From: Minutocellus sp. GHC0000111
Lineage: Eukaryota
DNA length: 64,000 bases
Direction: 5' to 3'
Assembly: GCA_977018835.1 (NCBI GenBank)
Contig: OZ361259.1
Coordinates: 2,108,001 to 2,172,000 of the forward strand
Below, in pieces: positions 11,265 to 22,937 of this stretch (position 1 is the stretch's first letter; each line of letters begins with the position of its first letter). The notes beneath the pieces are model-generated. The model was not told where the DNA came from, ran no database searches, and saw only the letters and a program-made list of their open reading frames with translations. A program made the translations under genes and the position numbers.

Positions 11265-12306
11265 CTAATCTCGAATAAGTTTATCAAATGCTATACCAAC
11301 TCCATATGCAAGGCCTCCTCCAAAGCCGGCAATTATTAAATTTTCCATCGCCGCCTCTAGCATTCTCCCTCTCGTTGCCCACGTCTTTACTGCACCAACG
11401 AAAAGAAGAGCGAGGCCTGTTGCGACAGCCGCCGCGATGAGGCCATCGAATGGATCGTCGATGAACACAAACGGGAGTACACTTGGCAAACTTCCCAGAA
11501 AGAAGAGGGCACATGATGTAAGTCCAGCCACCACTGGACTTCGACGTTCCTCTTCAACAACTCCAAATTCGAGTGCAATCATTATCTTCAATAGATCATC
11601 TGGATTCCGCTCGTAATGTGATAAAAGCTGCTGGCGCAGAGTACCAGGAGAAGCAGCCCCGTCTTTTGCTTCTTCCTCATCAATCTCTGAATCCTCTTCT
11701 GGTATCCCGATTAGCGATAGAAGCTCTGACAATTCCAACAATTCATCGTTGCGATATTTCTCTATGTGCTTATTTTCCAGTGCAATTTCACCTCGGAGCA
11801 CTTCGTCCTGACTCTTTGTGGCTACATATTCGCCAGCGCACATACTCACTGCTCCAGCAAGGGCACCTGCTATTGCTGTTAAAAGTATATCTGTCGTTGA
11901 AAGGCCACCTCCTGCCACACCGGCAACAAGTAAAAAGGTTGATACCAACCCATCATTGACTGCAAAGTAGAGGATAGAAATTGAAATGTAAGTTGGGATC
12001 CCTCTAATATAAGATCATGAGTGGACACGAACAACACATGTATGACTTACCACCAAGAAGAATATCTCTCCAATATTGCCGATGCTTTCCCAAGTGTTCC
12101 TGCGTTGCTGGCGAATCAGTCGCCACCGATCGTGTGGAAGCGAAGCCTGAAGGACCGTTCGAGGGGTTCTTGTTGGCGCCGCCTCGGTTCAAGCTACTGC
12201 TCAGCGCCGCATCATCTGAGATATGAACGCTGCCATAGGATACATCCGGTACGTTATAGAGCCTGCAATTGTCCGAATTCTTCATTGGTTGGTTCGTTCT
12301 TGCCAT
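11265..12306 (-). CDS. VIT1/CCC1 family vacuolar iron/manganese transporter; intron 12050-11960
   Basis: Splicing GTAAGT..CAG restores the RDILLGVNDGLVST signature; GAVSMCAGEYVATKSQ; five TM helices. Confidence 0.92.
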
Positions 12307-12492
12307 CTTGTAGAATGGCCGTTCCTCCAAAGCAACAGGCATTCGCTGTTTTGGGGTGTCATGTCATGCAGTGCATGAGTGCATAGTGCATGGCGAGATT
12401 AGAAGATGTTGTGCTACTCAAAAAGAAACCCGGAAAGTGGAAATGGCACATCTTTGCATCTTGCGCTTTTCCGTTTCATTTTTTCTGAGATC

Positions 12493-13998
12493 ATGGCGAT
12501 GAAGATATCCATCAGCGCCCTGCTTTTGCCAGCGGCGTTGGCCAGGGGAGGATCGGTAGCGGCGGCGCCAATCACTGATCCGACAGCGACAATATCTGCT
12601 CGCCTCTTGGGAAAGGCAGTGCCCCTCCAGGAGTATCAAAGTCAGCATCCGAACGACGAGTCTCTTCAACGACAACTCGCCAACAATGACAACAACGGTG
12701 ACAACTATTACGTTACCTCCAATTCATACGACTTTGCATCGTACAGCCTCAAATACACAACATGCCAGCGGGTCCAGCACTTCTCTTCGGAGGCAATCGG
12801 TAACGGTGAATCGTCACCTCTCGTTACAACTGATATTGTACTCCTTCGTTTGTGCCCAGAGCGACGATGTGGTGCCAACTCCGAGATGGGTTGCTCGGTA
12901 GGTTGGGGTGATTACGTATTGAGCCTCGACGAGTATGTTCGTATCATGACCAATTACGAGCTGGATAAGCAGCGCAATCTTTGTGGTCTATGCGAAGCAT
13001 GTCAGAAAGGCTATGGAGACTTCTATTACTCTGGATACCGTTACAACAATGGTGGTCGGCAACGAAGTCGTCAGCTCGAAGATGTCGCAGATGCAGGAGA
13101 CGACGACGCTGCCACAGATGATGCAGTCGCTGCCTATGACGATGACTACACGGAAGGTGGGACTTGCTATACAAACTCAGCTCTTTGTCACATCAACGAG
13201 GAATCATGTGCCAACTTGGACGCAGGTGGTGACGAGAACGAAAATGGGTATGCCTCATACAGTGATTTTCTGAATTATCTTGGTTGTGTCGAGGTGAAGG
13301 ATGGCATGTACATCAATGCTCGATGCGATTCTGACTCCAATAAAATTGGGTGGGGGGTATTCTACGACCCATACTGCACCCAGTATGCTGGTAACACCAT
13401 CAACATTAATGCAGTTGTCGATGAAGACATCATCTTCGAGGCCGATGCCTTCGAAAGTTTTTTCAATGGCCAGTGCATTCCCTGCAGCAGTGGATCTGCT
13501 CCGTACTTCAATTCCAACAACAATATGTGTAACAAAATGTACGAACAGAGCGATCGATGCAATGCTTACATTGCCTATGACTTTAACGATAACAATGCTG
13601 ACGAGGGCGATGGGAACGTGTGCAGCTTCATCAGATCCATTAGAAATGGCGCCTTTAATAAAGAGGGACTATTTGGTGTCAAATCCTTGGGCGATGGGCC
13701 AGTCACACGATCTCAGATTGTTACATTGGTTTGCATTGGTGTCGTATTCATTTCTATGGCCATTTACTCATGTTGGCTTCACCATGAAATGACTAATCTT
13801 TTACTCAAGTCGTTGGCGCGGAAAAATCTGATGGATGAAGTGGCGCGGAAAGCCATAAGAGACCGAGAGGAGCTCGGCAGATCAAACAAGAGTGGGGTAT
13901 ATCGGAGCAGCGTTTTGGGAAGGTGGACGCGGAATAAGAAAAAGAAGAACCATGTTGCCCCTAGTACGGACAGTGAGGATGAGGACGAGTCAGAGTGA
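12493..13998 (+). CDS. Silicanin (Sin1)-like type I membrane protein
   Basis: Signal peptide, RQL motifs followed by Asn/Asp-rich stretches, Cys-rich lumenal domain (YSLKYTTCQ..LRLCP..C...GC..GWGDYV), one TM helix and a basic cytosolic tail. Confidence 0.7.
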   Translation: MAMKISISALLLPAALARGGSVAAAPITDPTATISARLLGKAVPLQEYQSQHPNDESLQRQLANNDNNGDNYYVTSNSYDFASYSLKYTTCQRVQHFSSEAIGNGESSPLVTTDIVLLRLCPERRCGANSEMGCSVGWGDYVLSLDEYVRIMTNYELDKQRNLCGLCEACQKGYGDFYYSGYRYNNGGRQRSRQLEDVADAGDDDAATDDAVAAYDDDYTEGGTCYTNSALCHINEESCANLDAGGDENENGYASYSDFLNYLGCVEVKDGMYINARCDSDSNKIGWGVFYDPYCTQYAGNTININAVVDEDIIFEADAFESFFNGQCIPCSSGSAPYFNSNNNMCNKMYEQSDRCNAYIAYDFNDNNADEGDGNVCSFIRSIRNGAFNKEGLFGVKSLGDGPVTRSQIVTLVCIGVVFISMAIYSCWLHHEMTNLLLKSLARKNLMDEVARKAIRDREELGRSNKSGVYRSSVLGRWTRNKKKKNHVAPSTDSEDEDESE

Positions 13999-14185
13999 AA
14001 GGAAGTGGATCAATCACAAATGTTACCGAGCCTACTGGTTGAAGTGAAACGGAAGCTTGTAAATATGCTTTTACATACAATTTATATCGAAATACTTTAC
14101 TTTGTTGACGTCTACCCACGCCAATAAAAACCATGGTGAAGTTAAAAAGGGGGAGATCGGCTCAAAACGCAAAGCACCTGTGGCA

Positions 14186-14926
14186 TTACATGAACGTGAA
14201 GGCAATGGCGATGGCACTAATGACCAATCCTCCTCCAAAGAACGAGGCCGAGCTAGTAGTAGTATCACCTGGATTTTCAGGAACATCCATCCCCTCAGAC
14301 AATTCAATGCCCTCGGCGCTCTGTGGCAGAGGTCCATCCTTGAACTGAGTGTAACCAATCGTCTCACCGAAGTTGGCCGTGATGTTGTAGACATACTCGG
14401 CCTCATCGGTACAAGTCGTTCCGTCCGCCATTTCGATGTCGACCATCAACTTGTATTTGTATGCAATCGGTTCAAAGCACAGATCCACAACAATTTGATG
14501 ATAGGTATTCTTGAGTCCCCATCCAGTCCAGATGTCCCGTCCCCAATAGCTCTGGACGAGCGGCACAGTCTCCTCGGGAAACACGCCCAATGAGTTGGTA
14601 ATGTCACGTTTCACACTGATGAGCTTGGCGTCGTCAGGACCGACGTATTTCCAAGTAAAGTCGAACTGGACCGTCCGCAGACATTCGTCCCACTTGACGT
14701 CCTCCTCTCGAGGAGTTTGGATGGCCATGCAGTCCGTGCCTGGGGCGGCATAGGTGGGAAGGCTTTCGTCCTTGGGAAACTGCGATTCGGTCTCGCCATT
14801 CTGGGCCGTGCAGTCAACGGAGACGACACTCTTGTATGGGACGGCGCACGCGGCGGCATCAACGGTGTTGGCCGAGACCACCAGGGCCAGGAGGGCGGCG
14901 AGGGCAGAGGTGCAACTGAGCTTCAT
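14186..14926 (-). CDS. Secreted, probably GPI-anchored cell-surface protein of unknown function
   Basis: N-terminal signal peptide, several Cys, Ser/Thr-rich omega-site region and hydrophobic C-terminus (SSASFFGGGLVISAIAIAFTFM). Confidence 0.75.
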   Translation of the reverse strand: MKLSCTSALAALLALVVSANTVDAAACAVPYKSVVSVDCTAQNGETESQFPKDESLPTYAAPGTDCMAIQTPREEDVKWDECLRTVQFDFTWKYVGPDDAKLISVKRDITNSLGVFPEETVPLVQSYWGRDIWTGWGLKNTYHQIVVDLCFEPIAYKYKLMVDIEMADGTTCTDEAEYVYNITANFGETIGYTQFKDGPLPQSAEGIELSEGMDVPENPGDTTTSSASFFGGGLVISAIAIAFTFM

Positions 14927-15573
14927 TATTGTTCTGCGGCTTTGATTCGTAGTGTTTGAGATGAGGGTTCTGTAGCTTCTTTCGAGGAAGGGGTCGCTTC
15001 TTGTGTTTGTTCTTTGCAGAAAAATGAAAGTAGCGATGGACGAAGAATTTTAGAGAATGAGGGCGAGAGGCAAACCGAAGAGTATGCTGCTGCTTGAGAT
15101 GCGAGGGTGCAGTAATTTGCTTTATGCGGTCTGGATTGATAGCCACGAACCAATCGGAAGTGATCAAGGAGAAGAGAACGCAATAAGTATGAATGCAATT
15201 GCGGGTACATGTATGCGGTCTTGGTGATGACGGGCAGTTGATGCCGACGATCTTCTTCTTCTTGCTGTGGCGGGAGCGGTCAACGGAAATCGAATAAATT
15301 TCGTCATCATGAGGTACGTCGTAAGCGAAAAGGCCTTAGGCCCTTGTTTGGTCGCATGTTTTCTCAGGGCTTTCATTTGACCTTTTGACCGCGCGGTGCA
15401 GGTGCAGGCAGGTGAGCCTTGGATTCATTGCACGACACCCTGCGCTCTGCCCCACTGTCAGGCCAGAATAAGAAGGAAAGGGCCCAACTTTTCGTTGCTT
15501 GAGCGGAGGCGTGCGCGTGCGCTGGTCTCTTGTTTCCGCAAACGAAAAATTAATAATATTTTTGACGGTAGCG

Positions 15574-18015
15574 ATGGGGGGAGGAAGGCGTTCCGAGAGT
15601 AGTCAGGATGCCGGTACCGATGCTCACAACGTCGTCTACTATGATCGTGATCACGTCGAGGCCAACGATGGTGCTTCTCAAGACTACGGCGACAATGATC
15701 CTGCCAGTGGAACTACGAGCCGCGGTGGAGTCGCTCACGCGTCCAAACGCGGCGGCGGTGGCAAAGACGCCATTGTCTGGTGGGACATCAGCCAGTCGCA
15801 GGCATCGCAGATGAGCCAGTATTCGGCCGGCGAGGACCATCACGACCACGACCGCAAAACATCTCACAATACCCGATCGACCAATAGGCAGCTGCCATCC
15901 TCCTCCACGACAACGACCCCTCGTTTCCTTTCGAGGGATGAGCGCCGGAAGAGATCCCGGATGGCACAGGAACAGCAGCAGAGGCAGTATGAGCATTCGG
16001 ATTCCTCTTCGGATGACGACGACGATAATGTTAGTGATGGTGGAAACGACGGCGATGGACCAGTCGAGGAAGGCAGTGAGGATCCATTTGCGACCATCAT
16101 GGGCAGCCAGAACAATGATGATTCGGATAATGATGACTCTGATGATGACGGCAATGGCGGTGAGGGGGAAGAGATGGACAACAATGACAGCCAGTACGAC
16201 CACGATATCCCTGCCAAGGTACACGACAAGACCCCTGCCGATCAACAAATGGCCGAAGAGGACAATGTCGATGATAATGATTATGACGATGATCCAGACG
16301 ACTTCCCCATCCCCGACCAATCTCTTCCAACCAGTCCTGCTCCAGCTGATGATGTTCAAGATGAGTATGGAAGCCAACACAATTCCATGTATGCGTCCAG
16401 AGGTGGCAATCGTATCCAAAAATCAACAGCTAGCAACTACGCTGGTGAATTGCATTATGATGATGATGGCGACTGCGGCTATGTATACGGCGTCGATGAT
16501 GGTGGATGCGGGGGGATCGACATGAATGCTCTCCGCCGACAGTCGATGAAGCGAAGTATTGGCAGCACCAAGAGTAGCAGCAAGCATTCGACACGACAGT
16601 CGATGTCGATGACAACGTCAATGACAGCATCTCGGAGTATTTCTTCCAAAAAGAGGAGTCGATCGTCCTTTGCTGGCTTCGGTGGTGGCAGAGGAATGAC
16701 AATGCACGACGATGACGACCTCATGTCCGATCTTACCAATGCCGCGGGTGGCAATACCGATATGCTGGTCGCTGCCAGAAAAGCTGTCGCTAGTGGTCGT
16801 GGCAGTATCGGCAGTGCCAAGCAGTCTCGATCCAAAAAGACCAGCGCTCAAAGGAATGATAATTCTTCGAACGATACTGGCGTGAAGAAGGCCAAGTCGT
16901 CCATTGTTGGCTCTAGACCGATGCACTGGGGCGGGGGGCTGGGTCGAAAGAGTTTCTCGTCCACGTCAAAGCAGCGCCAAGTAGAATCGTCGGCCAGTGC
17001 CAAAGTGGCAAAGAAGAAGTTATCGGATGCAACTCGGCGATCGACGATGGATCGCCTTGCCTCTGCGTCTCGACGAAAGAGCCGGGCGAAGGGCGCAGCA
17101 GCTCCAAAGACCCCGGCATCATCCCTTAGTAGAGCTGCAGCTAGCGCCTCCAGCAGCGGCACTGGAGGGACGACCGCCCACACTCCCAAGTCCAAGGGTA
17201 GCAAGTCGGCAGAAACACCTGGCACGGCGGCATCGTCATCGTCCAAGTGGGAGCGGCACGTGAATCTTCGTGAGATGGAGTTTGCTCCAGCGTTCATCAG
17301 TAGTCGCCCATCTGATGCCAATGCTGGTGCCGCCATGGGCTTGTCGATTCAAGATGATGTTGCTCTCACCCCCAACGGTCACCAGTCCCACCCCCAGAGT
17401 AGCCAAGGAGTGACGCCCGTGAGATTCAACCTCGATGGTACCAATACCGGCGATGGCAGTATGGATGCCAACATGGCATCGTCGATATCGGCCACGCCCT
17501 GCCTCTCGGGGAAGCGATCCAGAAAGAGGGCCAAGGCGATGGGACTGACCAAGCTTCTTCGGGACATCCGTTCTGCTTCGGATGGTGACTGTATGCGCCT
17601 CAAAAGTGGTGCCAACCAGGCCCCTCGTGATCTGACTAGACGCAGACGAATGACCGATGTGAGTGATCCGCGGAACCGCGCAACTCTTTACATTGATGTT
17701 ACTTTGCTGGGAGATCCCATTCCTTGGGAAGGAGGGATCAAACGGACAACGATTCTTGGATATGTCCACTCTACGCACGTTCAAAAAGCTGACGATGTTG
17801 TTAAGCATATGCTTCCCAAAGCAGAGGCATTTGCATGGGTGATTCTTGATTACGATACTATCAATGAAAAGAGGATTGCTCGTGGAACTCAGCTCCGTAT
17901 TTACGACCCTACTTTGATTCCTTCTCTTGAGGACTTGCCCTCCACCATTGCTTGCACTAAGGTCTGTGAGTTATATCCTACAGATTTACCTCCACTCTTC
18001 CGTTCCAAAATGTGA
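15574..18015 (+). CDS. Large disordered protein (Asp-rich then Ser/Lys/Arg-rich, many SQ) with a small folded C-terminal beta-rich domain
   Basis: 813-codon open frame; compositional zones; C-terminal ~110 aa globular (LYIDVTLLG..ILGYVH..GTQLRIYDP). Confidence 0.7.
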   Translation: MGGGRRSESSQDAGTDAHNVVYYDRDHVEANDGASQDYGDNDPASGTTSRGGVAHASKRGGGGKDAIVWWDISQSQASQMSQYSAGEDHHDHDRKTSHNTRSTNRQLPSSSTTTTPRFLSRDERRKRSRMAQEQQQRQYEHSDSSSDDDDDNVSDGGNDGDGPVEEGSEDPFATIMGSQNNDDSDNDDSDDDGNGGEGEEMDNNDSQYDHDIPAKVHDKTPADQQMAEEDNVDDNDYDDDPDDFPIPDQSLPTSPAPADDVQDEYGSQHNSMYASRGGNRIQKSTASNYAGELHYDDDGDCGYVYGVDDGGCGGIDMNALRRQSMKRSIGSTKSSSKHSTRQSMSMTTSMTASRSISSKKRSRSSFAGFGGGRGMTMHDDDDLMSDLTNAAGGNTDMLVAARKAVASGRGSIGSAKQSRSKKTSAQRNDNSSNDTGVKKAKSSIVGSRPMHWGGGLGRKSFSSTSKQRQVESSASAKVAKKKLSDATRRSTMDRLASASRRKSRAKGAAAPKTPASSLSRAAASASSSGTGGTTAHTPKSKGSKSAETPGTAASSSSKWERHVNLREMEFAPAFISSRPSDANAGAAMGLSIQDDVALTPNGHQSHPQSSQGVTPVRFNLDGTNTGDGSMDANMASSISATPCLSGKRSRKRAKAMGLTKLLRDIRSASDGDCMRLKSGANQAPRDLTRRRRMTDVSDPRNRATLYIDVTLLGDPIPWEGGIKRTTILGYVHSTHVQKADDVVKHMLPKAEAFAWVILDYDTINEKRIARGTQLRIYDPTLIPSLEDLPSTIACTKVCELYPTDLPPLFRSKM

Positions 18016-18098
18016 CGGTGCAATTATTGAAGGGTGATGTGGCTGTGTTGAGTACGTCGAGCTACAGTACTAAGGGAGTATTGACAATCTACCTCATT

Positions 18099-18720
18099 TT
18101 AGTTTAGTTTCAGTGACAAAGGTGCCTGAGGAGATTGCAAAAAATCAATCCTGAGATCTCGCTTCTCATCGAATTCCAACCGCCCTTCTATCTCACCATC
18201 GGTCATATCTGCCGGTGGCCCAAGCGCATTGCCACTTCTGATCTTGATAATCCATCGAATCATTCGGGGCCTCAGAATAGTCCCATGGCTCTGCAAAGAC
18301 ACCTGGTGTATCGTCTTGGGACGACACGCACCCAGCACCCGATTTCATGTCTAGCTTCCCGTGAGGACAGTCGGCCAAGAGGCCATCCCACACACCCAGG
18401 CACGACGAGTCTTGGCAGTTTTCATCTTTGCCCACAGTTTCCGCATGGGCCACACTTGCTGTGCCAACGAGCACCGAAGCCGAAGACGCAAGTATTTTTG
18501 ATATAAATCCTCGCCTCTGGAGAGATGAAGGTGCCAATGCCTCCTCATTTTTGTCCTGACGAGGCTGATGGGCAAACAGCAAAGTTCCCACGCACGCCGA
18601 ATGAGGGCGAGATGGGGAAAGGTTCAACGCAATGACGTTGCAGCACAGAGATAGACTCAAAAGTAGCTGGCAGAAACGCCGATACTGCGAGCACTGAAGA
18701 TCTGTTACTAGTACGCGCAT
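18099..18720 (-). pseudogene. DUF1499-like plastid/thylakoid protein with apparent internal deletion and frame change near 18237
   Basis: RRGF lumen-type transit, LADCP..CVSSQDD..EPWDY motif then an abrupt end; a protein-like tail (ALGPPADMTDGEIEGR..LRIDFLQ) follows in another frame. Confidence 0.55.
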
Positions 18721-18951
18721 GATGGTGGTGTGCGCTGCTGCGCTGCCGTTCACCTTCACCACCCAACGACCTCTTCGGTTGTGCTGGTGGCTCTCGCCAT
18801 CTTCGTCGAGAATCAATGGACACTCCTTATCAAACATAATACTTGCATGTATCCCGATTTACCCATTAGGGAGTGCATTTTACACTGTTTTGGATTGGTT
18901 GAATCCCTTTTCCATGTTCACATGATCTACTGGATATGTTTCCTGCTAAAT

Positions 18952-21182
18952 TCAAGCCCTGGCAAAGGCCTCTTGAACTTCGTCGGAAAGTTTCATTTTG
19001 ACGACCTTTCAACTTCAGCCCGACGCACAGCAATGTATGCCGTGCTCAACTTACTTCCCAGCACTTCTTTGCAAAGGAAATCGTCCTTCTCAAGAATATT
19101 GAGGCTCTCCTCAAATGTGAATGGGAGCGCTTCGTTCTTTGATTCCATTTCAGCCGGCCCATTTTCAGGCCTGAGCTTCCAATTCTTTGCAATACCTTCC
19201 AACCCCGAGGATATAATTGCTGCCAAGCTCAAGTAAATATTTGCGTGTCCATCCAATAATTTGAACTCAACATTCGATGGACTTCCAGAATTACTGTCGA
19301 GACATACTCTAAGAGCGACTTCCTTGTCCTCTACTGCCCAACGAACGTCATGTCCTGTCCAACAACCCGCCCCCATTCGCCGAAATGAATTCATTGATGG
19401 AGTCGTAATGGCAAGAAGAGCTGGCAAATGATTGAGTATTCCTTCCACGAAAGCCTCTGCACGGTGACTCAGTCCACCACCGTCACAACTAAATGCATTT
19501 TGACCATTCAGGCCGCAAAATGAAAAGTGAACATGCTGTCCGTTCCCGGCCTTGGCTTCTTCTATCTTTGGCAAGAAGAGCGCCCTCATTTTATGCGCCC
19601 TTGCACATGCTCGTATTGTCTCTCGTGCCAAAACCACATTGTCAGCAATCCCCACTACATCTCGTTGGTACTTTAGGACCACTTCAACTTGACCAGGACC
19701 GCTTTCGGAGTGGATCATTTCTACTACGATGTCCTGATCTGAAAGCTGCTGCACGAGGTCTGACATGAAACCTTGCTGCTCATTGAGAGTTGCTGGCTCC
19801 GCAAAGCGAGAGATATCAACAGGCTCACCCATCGCACTGTTTGATCTAGCCTTGAATAGGGTAAACTCGATTTCGAATCCACAATTGAATTGAAGTCCAA
19901 ACTGATCTCTCGCTGAAGTAATGACTCTTTCCAGTAGACCTCTCGTACACAAAGGGCTGAGACATCCGTCGAGCTGACTATGGGCAGTACCAAACACAAC
20001 CCCAGATGCTTTGGCATACGGCAAAACTCGCAAAGAGCTCAAATCTGGTTTCAATAGCAAAACGCCAGCCGCGCTGACGCCACAGGATGGGACGACAGTA
20101 TCTGCATGTGTTGGCATGACGAAGGATACTTCGGCGATGGTCACTCTTTTGTCGAGACTCAGGCACCCGTCAGAGTTCGGTTTTATGCTTTGTATTGGAA
20201 TTGCCTTGCATCGGATAGAATTGGTAGCATCCAACGTAAGGTAACGTAAAAACTCAACGCCAGCCGCCCTCAAAGAACGGAGCACTGCCGCTGTTGCCTT
20301 GGATTCAGAATTATTGTCCACATTGAATATCTCCGCAGGTGGTACCATAATCTGCTTGGAGTTGGTGTAGAAGGCCAGTTGAAAGTCTGACTTGGACTCG
20401 GAATGAAGAGAAATTTCTGTTCGGCCATCTTTGTCTCCATCATCCTTCGAACCAGATCTGGACGCAGCATCGGCGTTTATTTCACCAATAATTTCGTCAG
20501 TCGACAAAATTCGCGAGAATCCCTTCATCCCAGCAAGACCCTTGGCATGTTCTGCTGCTCCGGTCGCCGCACACGCATCATCGACCACTGTTACAAAGAA
20601 TCCAAGATCAGCTGCGTCTCTCACGGCACTTTCAACACATTGGTCAGTAAGCTGACCGACTACCACGACTTGCTCGATTTCTAGATTTCGTAGCACGTAG
20701 GCAATGTTTGTCGAGTTGAATGCAGAACAACTCGTCTTGGGGATGAGGATATCACCCCGTCCACTGGATGCTGATGGTTGGAGATTCGATAGAAACTTGG
20801 CCCGATTAGAAGGACCGGGGAGTTGGCTCAACTTTGGGCCTGATAATTTGTAGTCCAGGCTGATATCCCGACAGTCATCGGTGAGGGCTTCCAGGTAGGT
20901 GAAGATGACCTCACAACCAGTATTGAGACCATTTGTAGCATCATCGCGATAAAGACGCAGGACATCCACCAGCCTCGATATATTGTCAATGGCTCTGGGC
21001 AGCGAAATGTTGTACAAGTAATGATTCTTATCGCCATCGTTTGTGTCGAGATTTTCGGAATCTGCCGACGATAAATAATCTTGCACGTCTACAACAAGGA
21101 TGGCCGTTTTGGTGAGATCAAGACGGAATTCCGTACGCTTTGAAACACCAGGTATCACTGAAGAGGATAGTGAGGTCGTCAT
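18952..21182 (-). CDS. Isochorismatase-like cysteine hydrolase fused to a FluG/NodGS-type glutamine synthetase (gamma-glutamyl ligase) domain; last ~14 codons lost by 1-bp frameshift (18996-18999)
   Basis: Triad VVDVQ / IPKTS / TDQCVESAVRDA; GS motifs GFEIEF, HSESGPGQVE, GNGQHVHFS, SFRR, VEFKLLDGHANIY; adding one A gives MKLSDEVQEAFARA*. Confidence 0.88.
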
Positions 21183-21530
21183 GCTGAGAGTAGTGTCAGT
21201 CAAAGGGCGCAATTACTGCGGTACATGCCTATCTCTTCAAGATGACAATTCGATAAGCGTTTAAGTAGATTGGCCATATACATGTAGCACAAGCAAGCGC
21301 TTCAGAGAAGATACGCGAAGTCTCGTTGTCTCGTTCGCCGAGAGCCGCGAGAGGCAAGAGGCCGGAACGGATAATAGTAGCGGCAGTTGCGGAATCAAGC
21401 GCTTCGAAACGAAATCGAAATCGGCAAAGCGAATGCGAAGAATAGAATGAGGCTGACTGCAGTCTGTTCGTCGTCGCGTCGACGTGCTGGTTTGGATTGG
21501 CTCTCGTGGATGACGAGATGACGAACATAA

Positions 21531-22937
21531 ATGATAATGCCACGACCTGCAATGAAGAGAATGAAGCGCTTAGCATCTCTCTTCCTCATTTTCTGTGCAA
21601 TATGCTCTCCCACTTTGGCCGATGAAGGGCGCGCAGCTGACGCTACCGATGCCGACCAACTAGCAGTAGAGTCATCTCCTATCGCGCCGCCCAAGACCAA
21701 GGATTCGCGTTCAAGACGAGTTGCCATCATCGGCGGAGGGATTGGGGGATCATTTGTTAGCAAATACCTCACAGATTACGACGATAACTGCAAAATTGAT
21801 GCGATAGATATCTTTGAGCCGTCGCCAATGTCCACTGCTAAAAGCGAAGCGGGCGTAGCGGTGACCGCCTCATCATTGTCATCATCATCGGAGGACATAG
21901 GTGAGATTAGACCGACGTGGCAAGGGAGCCGCGTGTCATCGGTTACTCTATCTGATGGGACAATTGTTGAGCTTGGGGCATCAATTATCTACGACGGGAA
22001 CAAACTAGCAGTCGAAATGTTGCAGGGTGACGCAAACTTGTCTGCAGGAAGGCCATTTTATCCTGGAGAGCAAAAGGCCAAGAGCGAGGAGGGCAAGCCA
22101 CAAAAGAATGGATTTGGTATCTACGATGGCGATGGCAATTGGTTGCTCAACACGGCAGCCTTTGGCTCGGCCTTGGCCCGAAAACTATGCCTCCTTTGGA
22201 GGTACAATATTGAATTTTTTCGTATCAGCAGTGCCGCATCCGAGGCAGTAAATTCTTTTGATCTGATATATCAATTATTAGACAGCGATGAACCGGCCAC
22301 ATTTGCTTTGGACACTCCCGATGTCATTTGGGAGGCTGTTGGGCTTAGAAGATTATCACTTGTATCATATGATGAATTTCTCGATGCAATTTCAGTTTGC
22401 CGTGATGAGTTACCGTGGTGGAGATCAATTTTACCATTTCAAGGCTGTATCAGGAACGAACTTCTGAGCGCAGTAACGATCAACACGTACAATCAGGAGA
22501 CGACCAGAATGAATGGACTCGCAGTTTGGATTCAACTTCGGCGGCGGCGGTGGGCGCCGTCGCCGCGACGAGGAGCAGCAGACCCCCTCCGTCGACCTGC
22601 CCCTCTACCTTTCCATGGAACAGCTGTACAAGGGCGAAATCATCGAGGTGGAGTACATCCGCGAGGTCCTTTGTCTCAACTGGAAGGAGTGCATGAAGCC
22701 CGCGCAGGAGTGTCAGGGTCCCGGCGTCCGCGTCAAGATGCAGCAGCTTGCCCCCGATTTCGTCCAGCAGGTCCAGCAGCGCGACGATCGGTGCGTCGCC
22801 CGCGGCAAGATGTGGAGGCCCGGCTGCAAGGAGTGTCCGCAGGGCCAGACTCAGACCGAGAAGATCGATCTGACGCTCGACATTACCAAGGGCATGCGCC
22901 CCGGGGAGCGCATCACCTTCGAGGGCGTGGCCGATGA
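21531..22937 (+). pseudogene. Chimeric junction ORF: 5' ~330 codons of the prenylcysteine-oxidase-like gene fused out of frame to DnaJ sequence
   Basis: Identical to 39775-40763 up to ATGGACT, then switches to DnaJ sequence (CGCAGTTTGG, as at 4272). Confidence 0.9.

Larger units (their letters stand above)
4270..22519. repeat. Tandem segmental duplication, copy 1 (~18.25 kb)
   Basis: Sequence recurs at offset +18248 (then +18244 after a net 4-bp indel); the ORF track is duplicated identically. Confidence 0.98.
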
